A DNA stretch of 64,000 nt from Takakia lepidozioides. Its lineage: Eukaryota > Plantae > Bryophyta. Shown here piece by piece: positions 51,482-64,000 of this stretch. The stretch spans positions 77,872,001-77,936,000 of the forward strand of contig CM060732.1 of the NCBI GenBank assembly GCA_030704615.1, given 5' to 3'. Made by a program: the position numbers and the translations under genes. Every line of letters starts with the position of its first letter. The first letter of the stretch is position 1. The notes beneath the pieces were generated by a model, which was not told the DNA's origin, did no database searches, and saw only the letters and a list, made by a program, of their open reading frames with translations.

Positions 51482-53054
51482 TCAAGAATAATGTTGTCTA
51501 ATGTTTTTTAAAGAAGTTCCCATATTGCCAAGATCATGTAAGCCTGCCTCATGGCGGTCATCGTTACTTTTCCATGATATCTTTTAATATGAATTACAGG
51601 GCATCCATCCCTTTCATTCATTCAAACCCAAAAAAAACCAGACTAAAGAAAAGGAGACTTTGTTATGCCCAACCTGTGAAAATCTGTCAACCTATAACAT
51701 ACCACCTCGGAAGTGTTTATGGGTTCAATCCACTGTCACAAAAGGTGTCCACCTTCCTGCTGGCCCTTTAGGGTCAAGAGATACCATAATTTATGCTTTC
51801 TTTGGGAGGCGTCATATATTATTATTGCCTCTCATTTTTGAATAATTGGGAGTTTATGTCTCACGTGTGAGACAGGACGCGCACGGCTGCACGGACGCGG
51901 GGTCGCCCAGCCCACCCCCCCGCGCCCCCCCCCCCCCCCCCGGGCAACCACGCAGTGCGGTCGACAGCCGCGGCGCACGCGGACTGCACAGCCGCGAACA
52001 GCAGCCCCCCCCCCCCCCCCCCCCCCCACCCGCGGCCGTGGCAGCCCGGGGTCTGCCCTCTGGATCTGCATGTCGTCCGGCAGACCACCCCAAACTCGCA
52101 CAGCAAAGCAGACAAACGGGGACGTGGCGCCCATCTCGTCCATACGCGGTTGTATCCAGACCGTTTGCATGTAGGGTTTAGGGTATTACAGTCGCCGATC
52201 TCTCTTTGTTTTTTTTGTGTGTTTCCTCCTCTTTTGTCTTCCCTCGTCCCTCGTCCCCTGCCTTTTCGTGTTTGTTGTTTGGTGTATGTTGTTGGTTGTT
52301 TGACTGTTTGGACCCAACGGAAGTGAAGAATCCCGTAGCATGACTCAGCGTGAAGCAGCCGTGGACTCCCGCGCCAACGTCAGAGTCCATCGTTTCAAGC
52401 CACATGCTCCTTTGTTCATATGCTTCTACTATTTTTGCGTTGTTGTGCGCCTGTTGATGGGACTGTATATGAGGATGCGGAAGACGTCAGTGTTTACCTT
52501 GATTTTACAGTGCAGACTTGAATGGAAGTATGTAGCTCTGATGTAACAACCGGAAGTAGGATTCATTTTAGTGAACAAGAAATGTCAATCGGCCTTTCCG
52601 GCGCCGCATTGTCTTCTTTGAGGCTTGTCCTCCATATGCCATGTGTAGAATAGCATTGCAAAAATGGCGGAAGCATATGTGCATGGTTGGCTGTATAAAA
52701 TTCAAATTGGCTCCCGAGTTGCCTCTGTTGAATGTTGTTTGCAGGTGGACGCAGCTTGGGGACCTGGACTACTGGGAATGTGTGGCGGAGTTTTGTGCGC
52801 ACCGAACTAATGGACCTTCCATATGTTAGCATGACAGTGTGGGGATCGGCAGACCTCATGAGGGGACCATTCAAATGGTCAAACGGATGGGGACAGAAAT
52901 GCAGACAGAGAGCAGACAAGATGGGCAAACCAAGAGAGGACAAGACCAGACCACACCAGAGCAGACCATATAGTCGGCACAGCATACTAGCATGGAAACG
53001 GTCTTGTAGTAAATTATGGGTTTGCTCCTTATAGGAGTCAATACACTCAATCAT

Positions 53055-53262
53055 TGGCAAGCCAGTGTGGCAGGCCAGTGTGGTAGACCTTGAGTCAGAC
53101 CACTGTAACAGACCAGTGTGGCAAACCTGGATGGCAGACCCCTTTGGCAGACCCGTGTGGATGACCCCTGTGGCAGACGTGGTGGTAGACCCCTGTGGCA
53201 GACCCGTGTGGCAGACCACTATGGGGGAGAGTTAGGGCAGATTAGGACGGCAGACCCTGACG
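53055..53262. repeat. Minisatellite of ~13-bp units (CC)AGTGTGGCAGACC
   Basis: GTGGCAGACC/GTGGTAGACC recur through the interval. Confidence 0.8.
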
Positions 53263-53819
53263 GCGGCCATTATTGCGTCGCGCAGCAATTACATGTTTCC
53301 AGCGCCCATCCAATGGGCCGCGGCCGCGTGTATGGCGTGCATGGGCCATTCCGCACATGTGTGCCCGTCTCTTCGTGCAGCCAGCCGTTACGTTTGGCGC
53401 GTCACCCTTCCTCCTCTTCCGTCTTGCGCGTCTTTCCAGTTTTCTTCTGGACGCTGTGGGTTTAGGGTCGCGGTTGGTGCCTCTTCCATAGTACCGCAAC
53501 GATTTGACGTTACAGGCTTGCCGACTGAGAAGCAAAGGTCCCGCCGTTTCCTGAAAGGGCGCATTGCCGTCGTTGCCGAAGTGCGCTCTGAAGGTATGAA
53601 CTTCACCTTCCTTCTTCACCTTCAACCTTCATTTCCGTTCTCAGTCCCGCTTCTGAAGTTCGTTTGAGTAGACCGTCCCTGACACACTTCCTACCGATTT
53701 TGCAACCATGGAAGAAGCGTGCCCAAACGGTGGACCGGATTGAGTGCAATATGTGCATGCCCCCCGCAACAAGCCAAAGAGAATGTACTAGTATGAGCCA
53801 CATGACTACAACGCTAAAA

Positions 53820-56800
53820 TAGTAGATGCATTTCTAGACTTGTGCGTAGACAAGGACAAAGAGAAATGGCCAAAGGACCGTTTTCAGTGCCCTTTTTGCC
53901 CTGATATCGTGAAGGACAAAGAGACTCTAAACCGGCATGTCCTTGATGGAGGATGCAAAGGTGTCATCCCTGACAACTTCAAGCCATGGCCCAAGCCAAG
54001 TTCTTCAAAGGCTGGTAAAGAAATCGTGATGAAGTTGAGGGGTGCATCTGCCGTCCCTCGATCTGTCGACGAAGTGCGACAGCGATATCACACTCAAGCA
54101 GGTCTGCTGGGCCCCGATCGCGCTGTGCCAGTGAAGAAAATAAAGCTTAGTGATGGCGCCAAAAAGAATGTAGAGTGCAAAAGTCCCAGGTCTGCCAGTG
54201 CCTCTGGCAGACCACGGGATGAGAGAGTGACAAGCAAAGAAGTGCAAGCAGGTCCGTCCCAGCAGACCAGAGCCTGTTGCTGAAACTCTGTCATCCCGTG
54301 AGGATGACTCTACTGACGAGGAGTCCCATGAAGACAAAGATGTGCAGGACATGATAACGCAGGTGCTGCAGCTAATCGTGAGACCCTACTTGGTCTCAGA
54401 CCCCATTGGGTACGCCCCGCCGGTACATGAGATAAACCTTGACTCGGATACACCCATGGAGGAAACAAACCCTCAAGCAGACCGAACCAGCAGACCTTCT
54501 AGCAGACCCAACAAGCAGACCTTCAACCAACAGACCCTTGATGACGTTCCTGTCTGCCCTAGCACATTGTGCCTCCTTCCACACGGCCTTCTGCCTCCCG
54601 AGTGCCCAGAAGAATCACATCCAGAGTTCTTCCCGTTTTTGTATGGTTATGTAAGGTCGGGGCAAATACACAAGACCATTTACACAACAGAGAGGAATTG
54701 GGTGGAGGCACAATCACGCCCACTGGATGAAGACTACAACGGCCTGCTAGTACTTTAAATACTCTTTGTAGGATCTTCCACGTGTTTTCTTGAGCTGTCT
54801 ACTGTGCTTGGTATAGTGTTGTGGTCTACCAGACATGGTTGATTTGTCTGCCATATAAGTTCTGGTCTACCACATATGGTCTACTGGTCTGCCAGATTAG
54901 TTCTGCTCTGTCAGCTATGGTCTAATGGTCTGTCACTTAAGTTTTGGTCTGCCAGATATTGTTCTGGGTGTACAGTTCCGTACAGGGGTCTGCATTACCT
55001 TCAATGTGTAGGTCTACTATCATTGGAAATTGTCACATTTATTCTTCAAAACATTCTTCTATGGGCTAAAGTATTTTGTTTAGTTTCAGGAGGCAAACGC
55101 CGAGGACAACTGCGTTCACAGGGTTTTGCAAATCTGGAAGCATAAGTCCAACGATCCTCCCTTGGAAAATGCACTTGTCCGGAACGAGGTTAGGGATATT
55201 TGGGAGTACATCCTCAGTCTATATCCACAGTCCGCTGATGCTATTGCAGCAATTGGTGATGGTGCAAGCGGCCCGGCAGCAGACCTTCCTCCACCTCCGT
55301 CAGCCCGGAAGGTCCACCCTGCATCGCATACTATGGGTCTGTCCAGTAGACCCGGTTCAATGGACCTGTCTTTTGTGAGCCATCCTCCAGCAGACCTTCG
55401 TACTTCTGTGGCAGACCGGCAGTAGACCACACTGGGGCAGACGGGCTCTGATTTTCCATTTGGGGCACCCTGGCGACCACAGAGGTCTGCGTTAGATGAG
55501 GAGGACCCTACCCTTCCCAAGTTCCGTTGTGGGGAAAGCAATCGGCATCTGGACTGGTACAATGAGCTTCAGCGCATCGTTGCGTCGCGGTGGACCTTTG
55601 CTCCGTACCACTCGTCTAAGGAGTTCACCGCGGAGGAAGCTAGCCATCTTTTGGAGAAAGCCTGGGACTACGGAGTGGCGCTTCTGGGAGAGGAGACTGA
55701 CCCACCACTTCTCACACAGCTTTTTCTCATGAACGACCCTCGCCCAGTGGAGATAAGGCACATGTCCATCGCCCACCCAGTATTTGGAGTTCGTCCCAAA
55801 CACTTCGCCGGGTTGACAGAGAGCGCATTCGAGGACATGGCACTGTCTTTCCTCCGCCGGCAGTGATTGCAATTTGGCAATTTCAGGTCTTACACAAAAT
55901 TGAAAAAAGACCTCCAAAATCTGTAGATGGACCTGCTGCACGGAAGCTAGGATTGTCGGGAAAGTGTTACGCAGGACGCCATCTTGTGGTTTGTCAGTGT
56001 GCAGGAGCGAGCGGTCCTCGACATTGTTTTCAACAATGCGCATGCTTTCCAAGTTTTGTGGAGCGAGATTCCAGTAGAGGACCGCGCCATAGCTTTGGGA
56101 GAGCTTGATGAGGCCTTCATGGATCGCCTCATGAAAAATATTGGCCTGTGAACGAGAGTCTTTGATCATGGTATGCCAGATCAAGTAACCTTGTGTAGGT
56201 TTGGACGTCAGACAAACATACCTTATGTGAACTATCAGCAGACCTTGTATGACCTACCACACTAGCAGACGTTGTTCTAACCAACCGATCAACAGACCTT
56301 GTATGAAGGACCGGACTTGCTTGTTTGAAGCAGCAGACCTCTGTATGGTTGCTCATAATGTTGTTGTATTTGCTGCAGAGTACGACCCGGAGGACGACGT
56401 TGTTCGCAAGGCCCTTGACCAATATGCTAATGGCGCTCGGCAGCTTCTAAGGGCCCTCCATGGCCATTCTGGCGTGGACTCACCCGTTAAATGCAAGCTC
56501 ATTGGAGTGCAAGCAACATCAGACCCATCACACAAAGAAAACACCATGGAGACCCACCAGGAGGTTAGCGAGCAGACTGTGGACCGAGCAGACCCGTCAC
56601 AGGTCAACGCGATGCGATCCAGCAGACCGTGTCAGTGGAGATCAGGCGCAACAGACCCCCAACATGATTCTCAGTACTCCCCGAGTGCCAGACATGGTAG
56701 GAGATCCCATGTCCGAAGCCATTTTCCTGCAGACGTTGGGCACAGTTCAACAGCAGACCTTTCCCCGGCAGACCTTCCCATTCGATCAGGAGACATTGCT

Positions 56801-58196
56801 AGGGGAAAACCTTGCCAACATATACCTTGCTACGGCGGTCTACCGATATTAGCAGGCATGAGCACACCTCCCAGGAGACCTTTCCGGCGTAGACCTTCCC
56901 AGATCATGCCCATACTTCGCCTCGGATGAGCTTGCCAGCGCAGACCCTGGCGGATGACACCATGGCAGAGCAGAGCATGTCACAGCACACCGTTCCTAAT
57001 GAACAAATGCAAAGCAGACCAACCCAAAGCAGACCTCCCCGGAGCAGACATTTCCCCATGAGACCTTGGAGGAACATACCTTTGTTGAGAAGACCTTGTT
57101 TGAGGAGACCTTGGATGGTTCTATGCATGGCACATTAGCTGAGAACACCACGGTGGAAGTGCATCCCCACGCAGGTATGCATGCCTCACCATTCCAACAC
57201 GAGCATACCCTGGTAGTGCAGGATAGCAGGGCAGGTAACATTCAGCAGGCGATGCCGATTCCCCCTGGCACATATGAATTGCCAAAAATGAGAGGGGCAA
57301 TTTATTTCCCCCCCACTGCTACATCTGCTGAGAAGCAGAAAATGGTAGTTGATGTCACCCTTGCCACAAGACCTTTAGACATAGCACATCTTGAACCCAT
57401 ACAACATACCAATGTTGGTATTACTACCATGGAATATGACCAGCACTGTAGTGATCCTCAGCCGGATGTAGATCCCCTACTGTCCTTAGACCAATCTGTT
57501 GATAGGGTGCTTGTTATGTTCGAGTCCGCCGCGGAGATGGTAGACCCCACAACAAACCTTGTATCACGGTTAGCAGACCTTGCCCATGCCTGCACAGACC
57601 TTGCGGTAGACCACACAGAGGTTTCTGCCCCTTCTCCTTCGGTGGGTCCAATCGAAGAAGTATCTGTCGCAGGAGTGTCGGAATCGCAGTCACCCACAGC
57701 GCCCACAAAGGTCCGACTCCGTTGCATTTTAGTAGTCCTTGACATTGTCTTGTGTACTTTCAGCTTTCCTAATGTTTTGTGGTCTGCCAGTCGTGTGAAG
57801 GTTCTGGCGTCTGAGGTCTCAGGTCGTGGTTGGTCGCAGGTCGTTAACATGGGGTCCAGCACAAAGGGTGGTCCAGTGGTGATTACACCGACTGTTGGGG
57901 CCAGTTCGACCCATGGTCTGCATGAATCGTCCAGAACGGGTCTACAAAGTATCAATAAACCCAAGGACGAGGTCTTATTGCAAAGCAGAGCCAACTAGCT
58001 CTGGGATGGCATGAAAGAGACAGCCGTTGCATTGGAAAGGAAGTTGGAGAAACCTGCTGAACTAAACAAAGCGACAGTGTCAGTGGCTGGGAAGAAGCGC
58101 ATACCAGAGGCCACAGCAGAGCCGCTGGCAAAACCAATTCCCCCCAAGAAAGGTGTTGTAAAAAAAAAACAAGACGGGAGTGTAACACAATTTTAA
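53820..58196 (+). pseudogene. Decayed multi-exon TE-like gene(s) with an N-terminal C2H2-like zinc finger and low-complexity regions
   Basis: FQCPFCPDIVKDKETLNRH; long + frame ~55090-56170 broken by TGA/TAG stops; plausible GT-AG introns; no family recognised. Confidence 0.5.
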
Positions 58197-58435
58197 GTAA
58201 ATCTGGACTAAAGTTTGGTCCAGAACTAAGGAGAAATATCTGAATATCTATTTTTTAAATCATTTAAATGGATCATTTTAAATATAAATATAAAGATATA
58301 AATAATTGTTTGTCTATTAATATATAACATGAGCAATAAAGAAACTTCAGGAGAAAAAGCAGTTTGTATTTGGCTCATAAAGCAAGTTTCACTGTTCACT
58401 CGACGTTTAGTAAGATTTGAATGAGATACCAACAA

Positions 58436-58649
58436 TCAGTAGCTCAGATGGTGAAGTGCACTAAGTGTCACCAAGATGATTATGGGGTCAAATCTTGCTA
58501 CTGACGAGTGTGGTATGTTCCTGGGTGGTGTCCCATTCCAACACCACATGGCGGGGTTACTGTGAAAGAGGTTATACTATTAAGGGGGCATGATTTGTGA
58601 GCTGTCGCTCCCAGGTGTTTCCATTACATTAAAAAATAAATTAAAAAAA
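58436..58649 (+). mobile_element. tRNA-derived SINE
   Basis: A-box TAGCTCAGATGG, B-box-like GGGTCAAATC, TCAGTAG/CTACTGA stem, body shared with 44362, A-rich tail. Confidence 0.7.
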
Positions 58650-59026
58650 CGGGTGTCGGGTGATAACTCGCTTCATGATCCGCGACCTGATGGATGATTG
58701 GAGCACCAGTCATATTCGTAACCACGACTGAGCTTGTGAAGGCCGTTACTATGTAACGTACAAGACAAATCAATCAAATATGTGAGCAAAACATGGTACA
58801 ATGACGCAATACCATGAAATGAAATGAAAGAGAATGGGGAGACATTGATGATAAACAACCAATTTTTATTTCAGAACCATATCAATTTGAGTAAGTCTCG
58901 CCCCATGCGGCATGGACCAATACAAGTAACGTAAACCATGTCAATGAGAGTAACAACTTCTAGAATGAGGGCTGAACTCCGTTAATACAAGACGATGTCA
59001 GCTGACGTACTTATGATGAAAATATT

Positions 59027-59533
59027 TTGAGGAAAGCCATTTCCCAGAATCGGGATATTTTGACAAGGTTGGAGGGACCATTTTCAAATTTGTATTCTTC
59101 CGTTGTTCCGAAGGTTCCAGGGTCAACAGCTTTAAGTTCTTTTCTAGAACAATATTGTGGAGGGTCTTCCGAAGATCCTGTAGCTGAAGTATCGGCGGAA
59201 TCAAATGATTTCTGCGCTATGTACCCTGCGTATACGCCAGATACCCAAGGTTATACACCCGGATCCCCGGGGTATACTCCCGTATCCCCAGAGTACACTC
59301 CCTCAACCCCAAAGTACACTCCGGCATCCCCAAAGTATACACCCTCATCGCCAGGGTATACTCCGGGATCCTCATAATACTCACCAATAGGATACTTTAG
59401 CCACCTCAAACCTGGGTCGGCCGCATTGGCCTCATTTTTGGCACAATACACACCTACGTCAATTGTAAGTTCCAACCATTCGGAATCATCAGAAATAGAA
59501 ATATTATTCACCGGCACACCGGAGTGTATTTGA
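59027..59533 (+). pseudogene. Small ORF with RNA polymerase II CTD-like heptad array
   Basis: YTPDTQG YTPGSPG YTPVSPE YTPSTPK YTPASPK YTPSSPG YTPGSS* YSP; frame continues past TAA 59375-59377 to 59533; start codon unclear. Confidence 0.6.
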
Positions 59534-60035
59534 ACCAGTTCAGAATCTCCATGTGGTTCCACCAAATACCCACAATAATCAGTAGGATCAGTTTTTGGGT
59601 ACCCGTGAAGTTTTCAAGAGATTCAGTGGGGGTGTCCTGAATCACCATGATATAGTCCTTCATCTCAGTTTTAGGCAGGCATGCATGACAATATATTTAA
59701 ACGCCAACGATGTCTCCGTTTTCGTTCTTCACTGTTGAATAATAAAGTATTCTTCATGATTTTTGAAACCAATTAAATGATCTGCACCTTTTGAGATTTC
59801 CAGTTTAATTGTGACTTTGATTTATTCCATTCCATTTATTCCATATTGCAGTCACAATTGAATGTCCCATATTCCAGCTTAATTGTAAGTTAGTTTCTTT
59901 CAATTCCATTTTTTCCAAGTGGGATTCCCATTTGTATATTGGCCTGATATCCGTAACATTATGATTTGTTTCAAACTTCGGCCTTTCCTCTCAATCCTGA
60001 AATAATGCCATGAGATATCTAATCCAAATAACATA

Positions 60036-63000
60036 ATGTTGTGTTTCATGTTCAGTGGTCATTCAAACATACCTGCGGATTGTCTGGTTGGCGAATGCAA
60101 AGAGATATGTGGGGAGTTCATCTCAACAAAATCACCAAACTTCAGCATAGACCACGTAGCTTTGTATACTCTTAACCAAACGATCTCCGAGTGGGGAATA
60201 AATCCTGTGGGTGTACCTCCTGACCAACAACTGAAGTTTTCCTTCAAGATTGGAGCGGAGGTGAAGGAGCTTAATTATGGCTACGTTAAAGATGTTGAGA
60301 TGGAGTCAGATGTGGAGAATTCAATGATGGTGGTTTTCATCTTGGAGGATGGTAGAGCGAAAAAGACGTTTGGCTTTTCTCTGGAATCTCGTCGCATTCG
60401 CAAGGCAATGATGACACCAGCTTTAAAGATGGGATTCACTTTCCCTGAAGGTGGTGCAGCCCTGACTGCTCAGGGATTCGTACGAGCTTGGAGCATTTTC
60501 CAAGATATACTCCATGCGCAGGGAAACATCAACAGAAAACAACGAGACGATGCGGCAACGAAGGGGGCAAAGGGTAAAGGTAAACTGAAGTCAACGGCGG
60601 GATCCTCTCAGACTAAGAATGAGGAGGAGCAGCCAGCCGGGAAAAAGAAAAAGAAAGAAGAGCTCGATATTGTATTTATGAATGTCTGCGATGAAACCAA
60701 GGTATCGGAAAGATATCAACAATTCAAAATTCTTCGTCATTGGAGTCCAGCACACAATTATGGCTGCAAAGGTATGGTACATCAATATTTACCTCGCGCG
60801 ATCGCGCGTGCTTCTATATTCTTCTCTGCTTCTATGAGAATCATCTTTCGGATATTTCTTTGCGTTGCCTTATTATCATTATCGCGCGATCGCGTGTGCT
60901 TCTACTAGATGATTATATCAGATGCATCGACGACTTATTTCTAAGAGATGCATAGCATGATAAGCAAGCACGCGTGCTTCTTTCTAGTTCAATTCCATGC
61001 TGATGTAACATTTTCCAAATCAGGACCTCGTGGAGGAGATTACTGACCAGGAACAGAGGGACTACTACGCCGAATGGCCATCAAATTTCAATTATCCTCT
61101 GGTCATATAGCAATAATCGATTGTTGAAGATTTCTAAGCTCCTGAACGACCCAAATAAAACCCAAAAATTCGACACAACATTCCCGGAGAAAGTTGTTCA
61201 CGCTAGGATATACTATGAGTTGAGGGGGAAGCCCAGGAAATTCAACGATAACGTTTCCAAATCTGAAACCGTTCAGTGGAAGGTAATTATTCAGACTTCC
61301 TTTATTGTTTAATGTTTTGTTGTACATTCACTAGAACTATGTGTCCATGTTGTGTGTTGGCCTGACATGCTGTTCCTGTTGACCAGGAATTTTTGCAAAC
61401 CTCACAACTTATATTGGAGATGCTTATCGTTAAGGAGGCCATGACCTTGGTCCTTTGCGATGACGATGTTTGGGAGAAGTGGCAGGAGGTTTTCAGAGAG
61501 TGGGAGAAGGGAAACCTCCTGGACATTAACGGAAAGAAGCATAAGGGTGTACAATCGCAGCTCACAAAATCTGCAGTCTGCAAACTCCAAGGATTGAACC
61601 CCCTTCAAATGAAGAAGGTTGCGCAAAAGATTTTGAACTTGAAGATTTGTGTTTGTGGTCCTTACAAGGGAAAAGACCCCAAGATTCTTTGCCTGTCCGA
61701 TTACATCGATCGAATAAAGGACAGACGGTTTATAATCGATGATGTCATGGTGGTATTGGGATTTGATGCCAGGAGCAAGCAGCATCCAGAGCCGTACACA
61801 AAAGCACAATGGCTCGAAGTGAAGAAAAGGTACAAGTTCAACAAGTCGGAGTTCGAGACATTCCGATCGAAATTGGGGGCCAAATACATTAAAAACAAAG
61901 TGAACATGAATATGAAGACCGAGAAAGTGAGTGACGCTTTCATCAAATACGTGCTTTCAAGAAGGAAATGGGCAACCTCAAGGATACCTTCAAGTCACAT
62001 TACCAGTGCATAGGAGGGAAGCGGAGGTTCACGGATGCCAAAACACAATTGAAAATTGTGAGAAAGAGGGATTTCGATATCATCGCAATGGTGTTCATCA
62101 ACACAGTCTGTGACGATGACTCAACTGTTTTCATGCAAAGAAATTACAAGAATATTTTCAATGCGTTCTTCGAACAACAGCTGAGCCCTAATGTATTTGT
62201 CTTCTTCTCGACGCAGAGGTCCACTTCTAATCTAGTTTCGTACATAAGGTTTGGCGAGAGGCGACAAGTATATTTTGCTTCAGGGGTTGTATCTTCCTGG
62301 AGAGTTCGACAATCCTTACATGAGCCGACCAAAGTCATTTTCAAGGCCACTCATGTGCCTTCATTACGTATTTCCTGCTACAGCTGCACGGATTGAGAAC
62401 CACGAGGAGCACCTGCAGGGAGTGCTGATGTTCAGCCCCATTAAACCAGTGATTAAGGCTCCGGACACTGAGCTCATGGAACACGAGAAATATTGTGCCG
62501 CTTATGAACACGAATTGCGGGTAAAGTCGAGCGACTACATTGCGTCCTTGTTCTGTGGCGAAGGGATGGCGGCTGTCAATGTTTTTGGAGGCGTAATGTT
62601 AACATCGGCTCTCCACGTAAGCAATTCCATTTCCATTTCCAATTCGATTTCCATTTCCATTTCCATTTCTGAAACACATCTTTGGAACCTCGCGCGATCA
62701 CGCGTTCATCCTATTTACTCAATGGTTGGCATCTTTTGCAGGTTAGGAACGTCCGAGTCCTTGATATAAACCACAATCTGAAAAAAGAATTCTGCGCGAA
62801 TAAGGTTGCCGCTAACTACACACTCCTCCACACGGAGAATAAGGACGGAACCGAGGTTGGTGATGACATATTGGGAGGGCAGGAGACCCACAGGCACAAT
62901 GGCGAAGGAAATGACGATGACGATGACGATGACGATGACGGACAAAGAGATCTGAAGACAGAGCAAAACCAAGAAGAAGGTGACGGAAATGCAACGTTGG

Positions 63001-64000
63001 ACAAAATGAAGAACTTGAGAGAGGTGAAGAAGACAAGGGCGACTACCAACACGATGATATCGTCATCAATTTCTTGCAAGAGGAGACAGAACAAATTGAG
63101 CAAGGCAGAAATCCACCAGCTGAACAAGCAGGGAGGGTAGTACGCGAAGAAAGCCACCATCCACAGGCCCTGACAAATACCGGTGAAGGAGACAATCCCG
63201 AGACAACTGTGCTGTCTTCCTCCACTGAAGAAGTGGGGGGAAACAATGTAAAGGATAACGCTGATTCTAGAGACGTCTTCGATAAGGAGATTTCAGAAAT
63301 AGACTCAAGGGTGGGATTCAGTCTTGTGGAGGGAGATATGCCATTACGGATGTCACCATATCAAGGTTTAGCCAACGAGTTAGAGACATCGTTGATGGTC
63401 AGGCATCTAGGGCATTGGTCGGCGTTGAAAACTCTGTTGACGTGAGTATTGCAGATTATGAGCTGTCCTGACACTTGTAAAACTAAATTTACAAACTTGA
63501 TATAACATCAGAATCTTTTACCAATGGAACTAATAACCTATTGCTCTGTGATAGTCTCGTAAATCAATCGAAATTTATACGGAAGTCTAATCACCCGTCA
63601 TCCGGCTTAGAGCAAGTGCCGCCAAAGCTGGTACTTCATTCTCCGCCTTCTGCTTTCCTTTCTGCATTCCATTGCGAAAAACTTCCAATGAATTAATAAT
63701 TATTTCCTAATGGACAGGATGATATGATCTATCCACCACACGACTATTCCCAAGCTGTCAATCCCGCGGATTTCTTTGCTCTTCCAATGGACCATGTCAG
63801 CCTGGATATTACGTCCTGGTTCTGGATGTCGGGTTCCTATGTAAGGTCTCCAGAATGGGCCAAAAACCCCTCTCGCAACGCAGCCTTGTATCTCCGCTGG
63901 AAGATTTAAGTTAGCAATGCGACATGAGATGAGAGACTTCCTCAAATGGGTCGTCAAGAAGTTTTGGGTCATCTTATGGAACACTGGCAAAGAAGAGACT
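60036..64000 (+). pseudogene. Decayed multi-exon gene of unknown, probably TE-associated family; runs off the window
   Basis: Coding-like blocks ~60057-60770, 61024-61281, 61387-62616, 62742-63441, 63718+ with GT-AG boundaries; several frameshifts; basic and poly-Asp tracts. Confidence 0.6.
62623..62670. repeat. (TTCCAT)n microsatellite in a probable intron
   Basis: Directly visible hexamer repeats following donor GTAAGC at 62617. Confidence 0.8.

Noticed and set aside
51832-52326. Poly-Gly/poly-Pro ORFs and TAGGGTTTAGGG
   Set aside because: ORFs arise from C homopolymers in GC-rich promoter-like DNA; the telomere-like motif is a telo-box-sized match, not an array.
55492-56184. 230-aa minus-strand ORF
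   Set aside because: Probably the antisense shadow of the stop-interrupted plus-strand frame, which fits the neighbouring exons.
58436-58505. Functional tRNA gene (also 42962-43046)
   Set aside because: Degenerate boxes and arms; the 58436 copy continues into a repeated body with an A tail, as in a SINE.
59027-59533. Calling NRPB1 (RNA polymerase II largest subunit)
   Set aside because: Only heptads are present; no polymerase domains such as NADFDGD in the window.

Overview
Eukaryotic, transposon-rich land-plant DNA; a bryophyte or other non-seed plant is my inference from gene and TE content. (1) 1-16.5 kb: a large unit with no recognisable transposase, bounded by two oppositely oriented arrays of the same 28-bp palindrome. 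It carries two convergent decayed genes (a reconstructed ~780-aa coiled-coil/RING-H2 protein on +, a ~486-aa DWG-type protein kinase on -). Between their 3' ends lie 120-bp repeats and a cluster of long hairpins, one of which matches the RING gene's own coding sequence. A young chromoviral Ty3/Gypsy element (1286-8165, CAGGT TSD) is nested in the RING gene. (2) 20.6-31.4, 41.3-42.7 and 49.9-51.2 kb: four diverged L1-type LINE copies that all keep a +1-frame reading frame overlapping the end of ORF2 (NWRHKR...QL). (3) 32-40.4 kb: three apparently intact host genes (secreted LRR protein, intronless BOU-like mitochondrial carrier, 5-exon reticulon). (4) 52-64 kb: decayed TE-like genes, one saturated with a YAGACC motif, plus a small ORF with RNA polymerase II CTD-like heptads and a multi-exon gene with a possible degenerate methyltransferase fold. 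MITEs and a tRNA-derived SINE are interspersed. All alignments and counts were done by eye; no database search was run.
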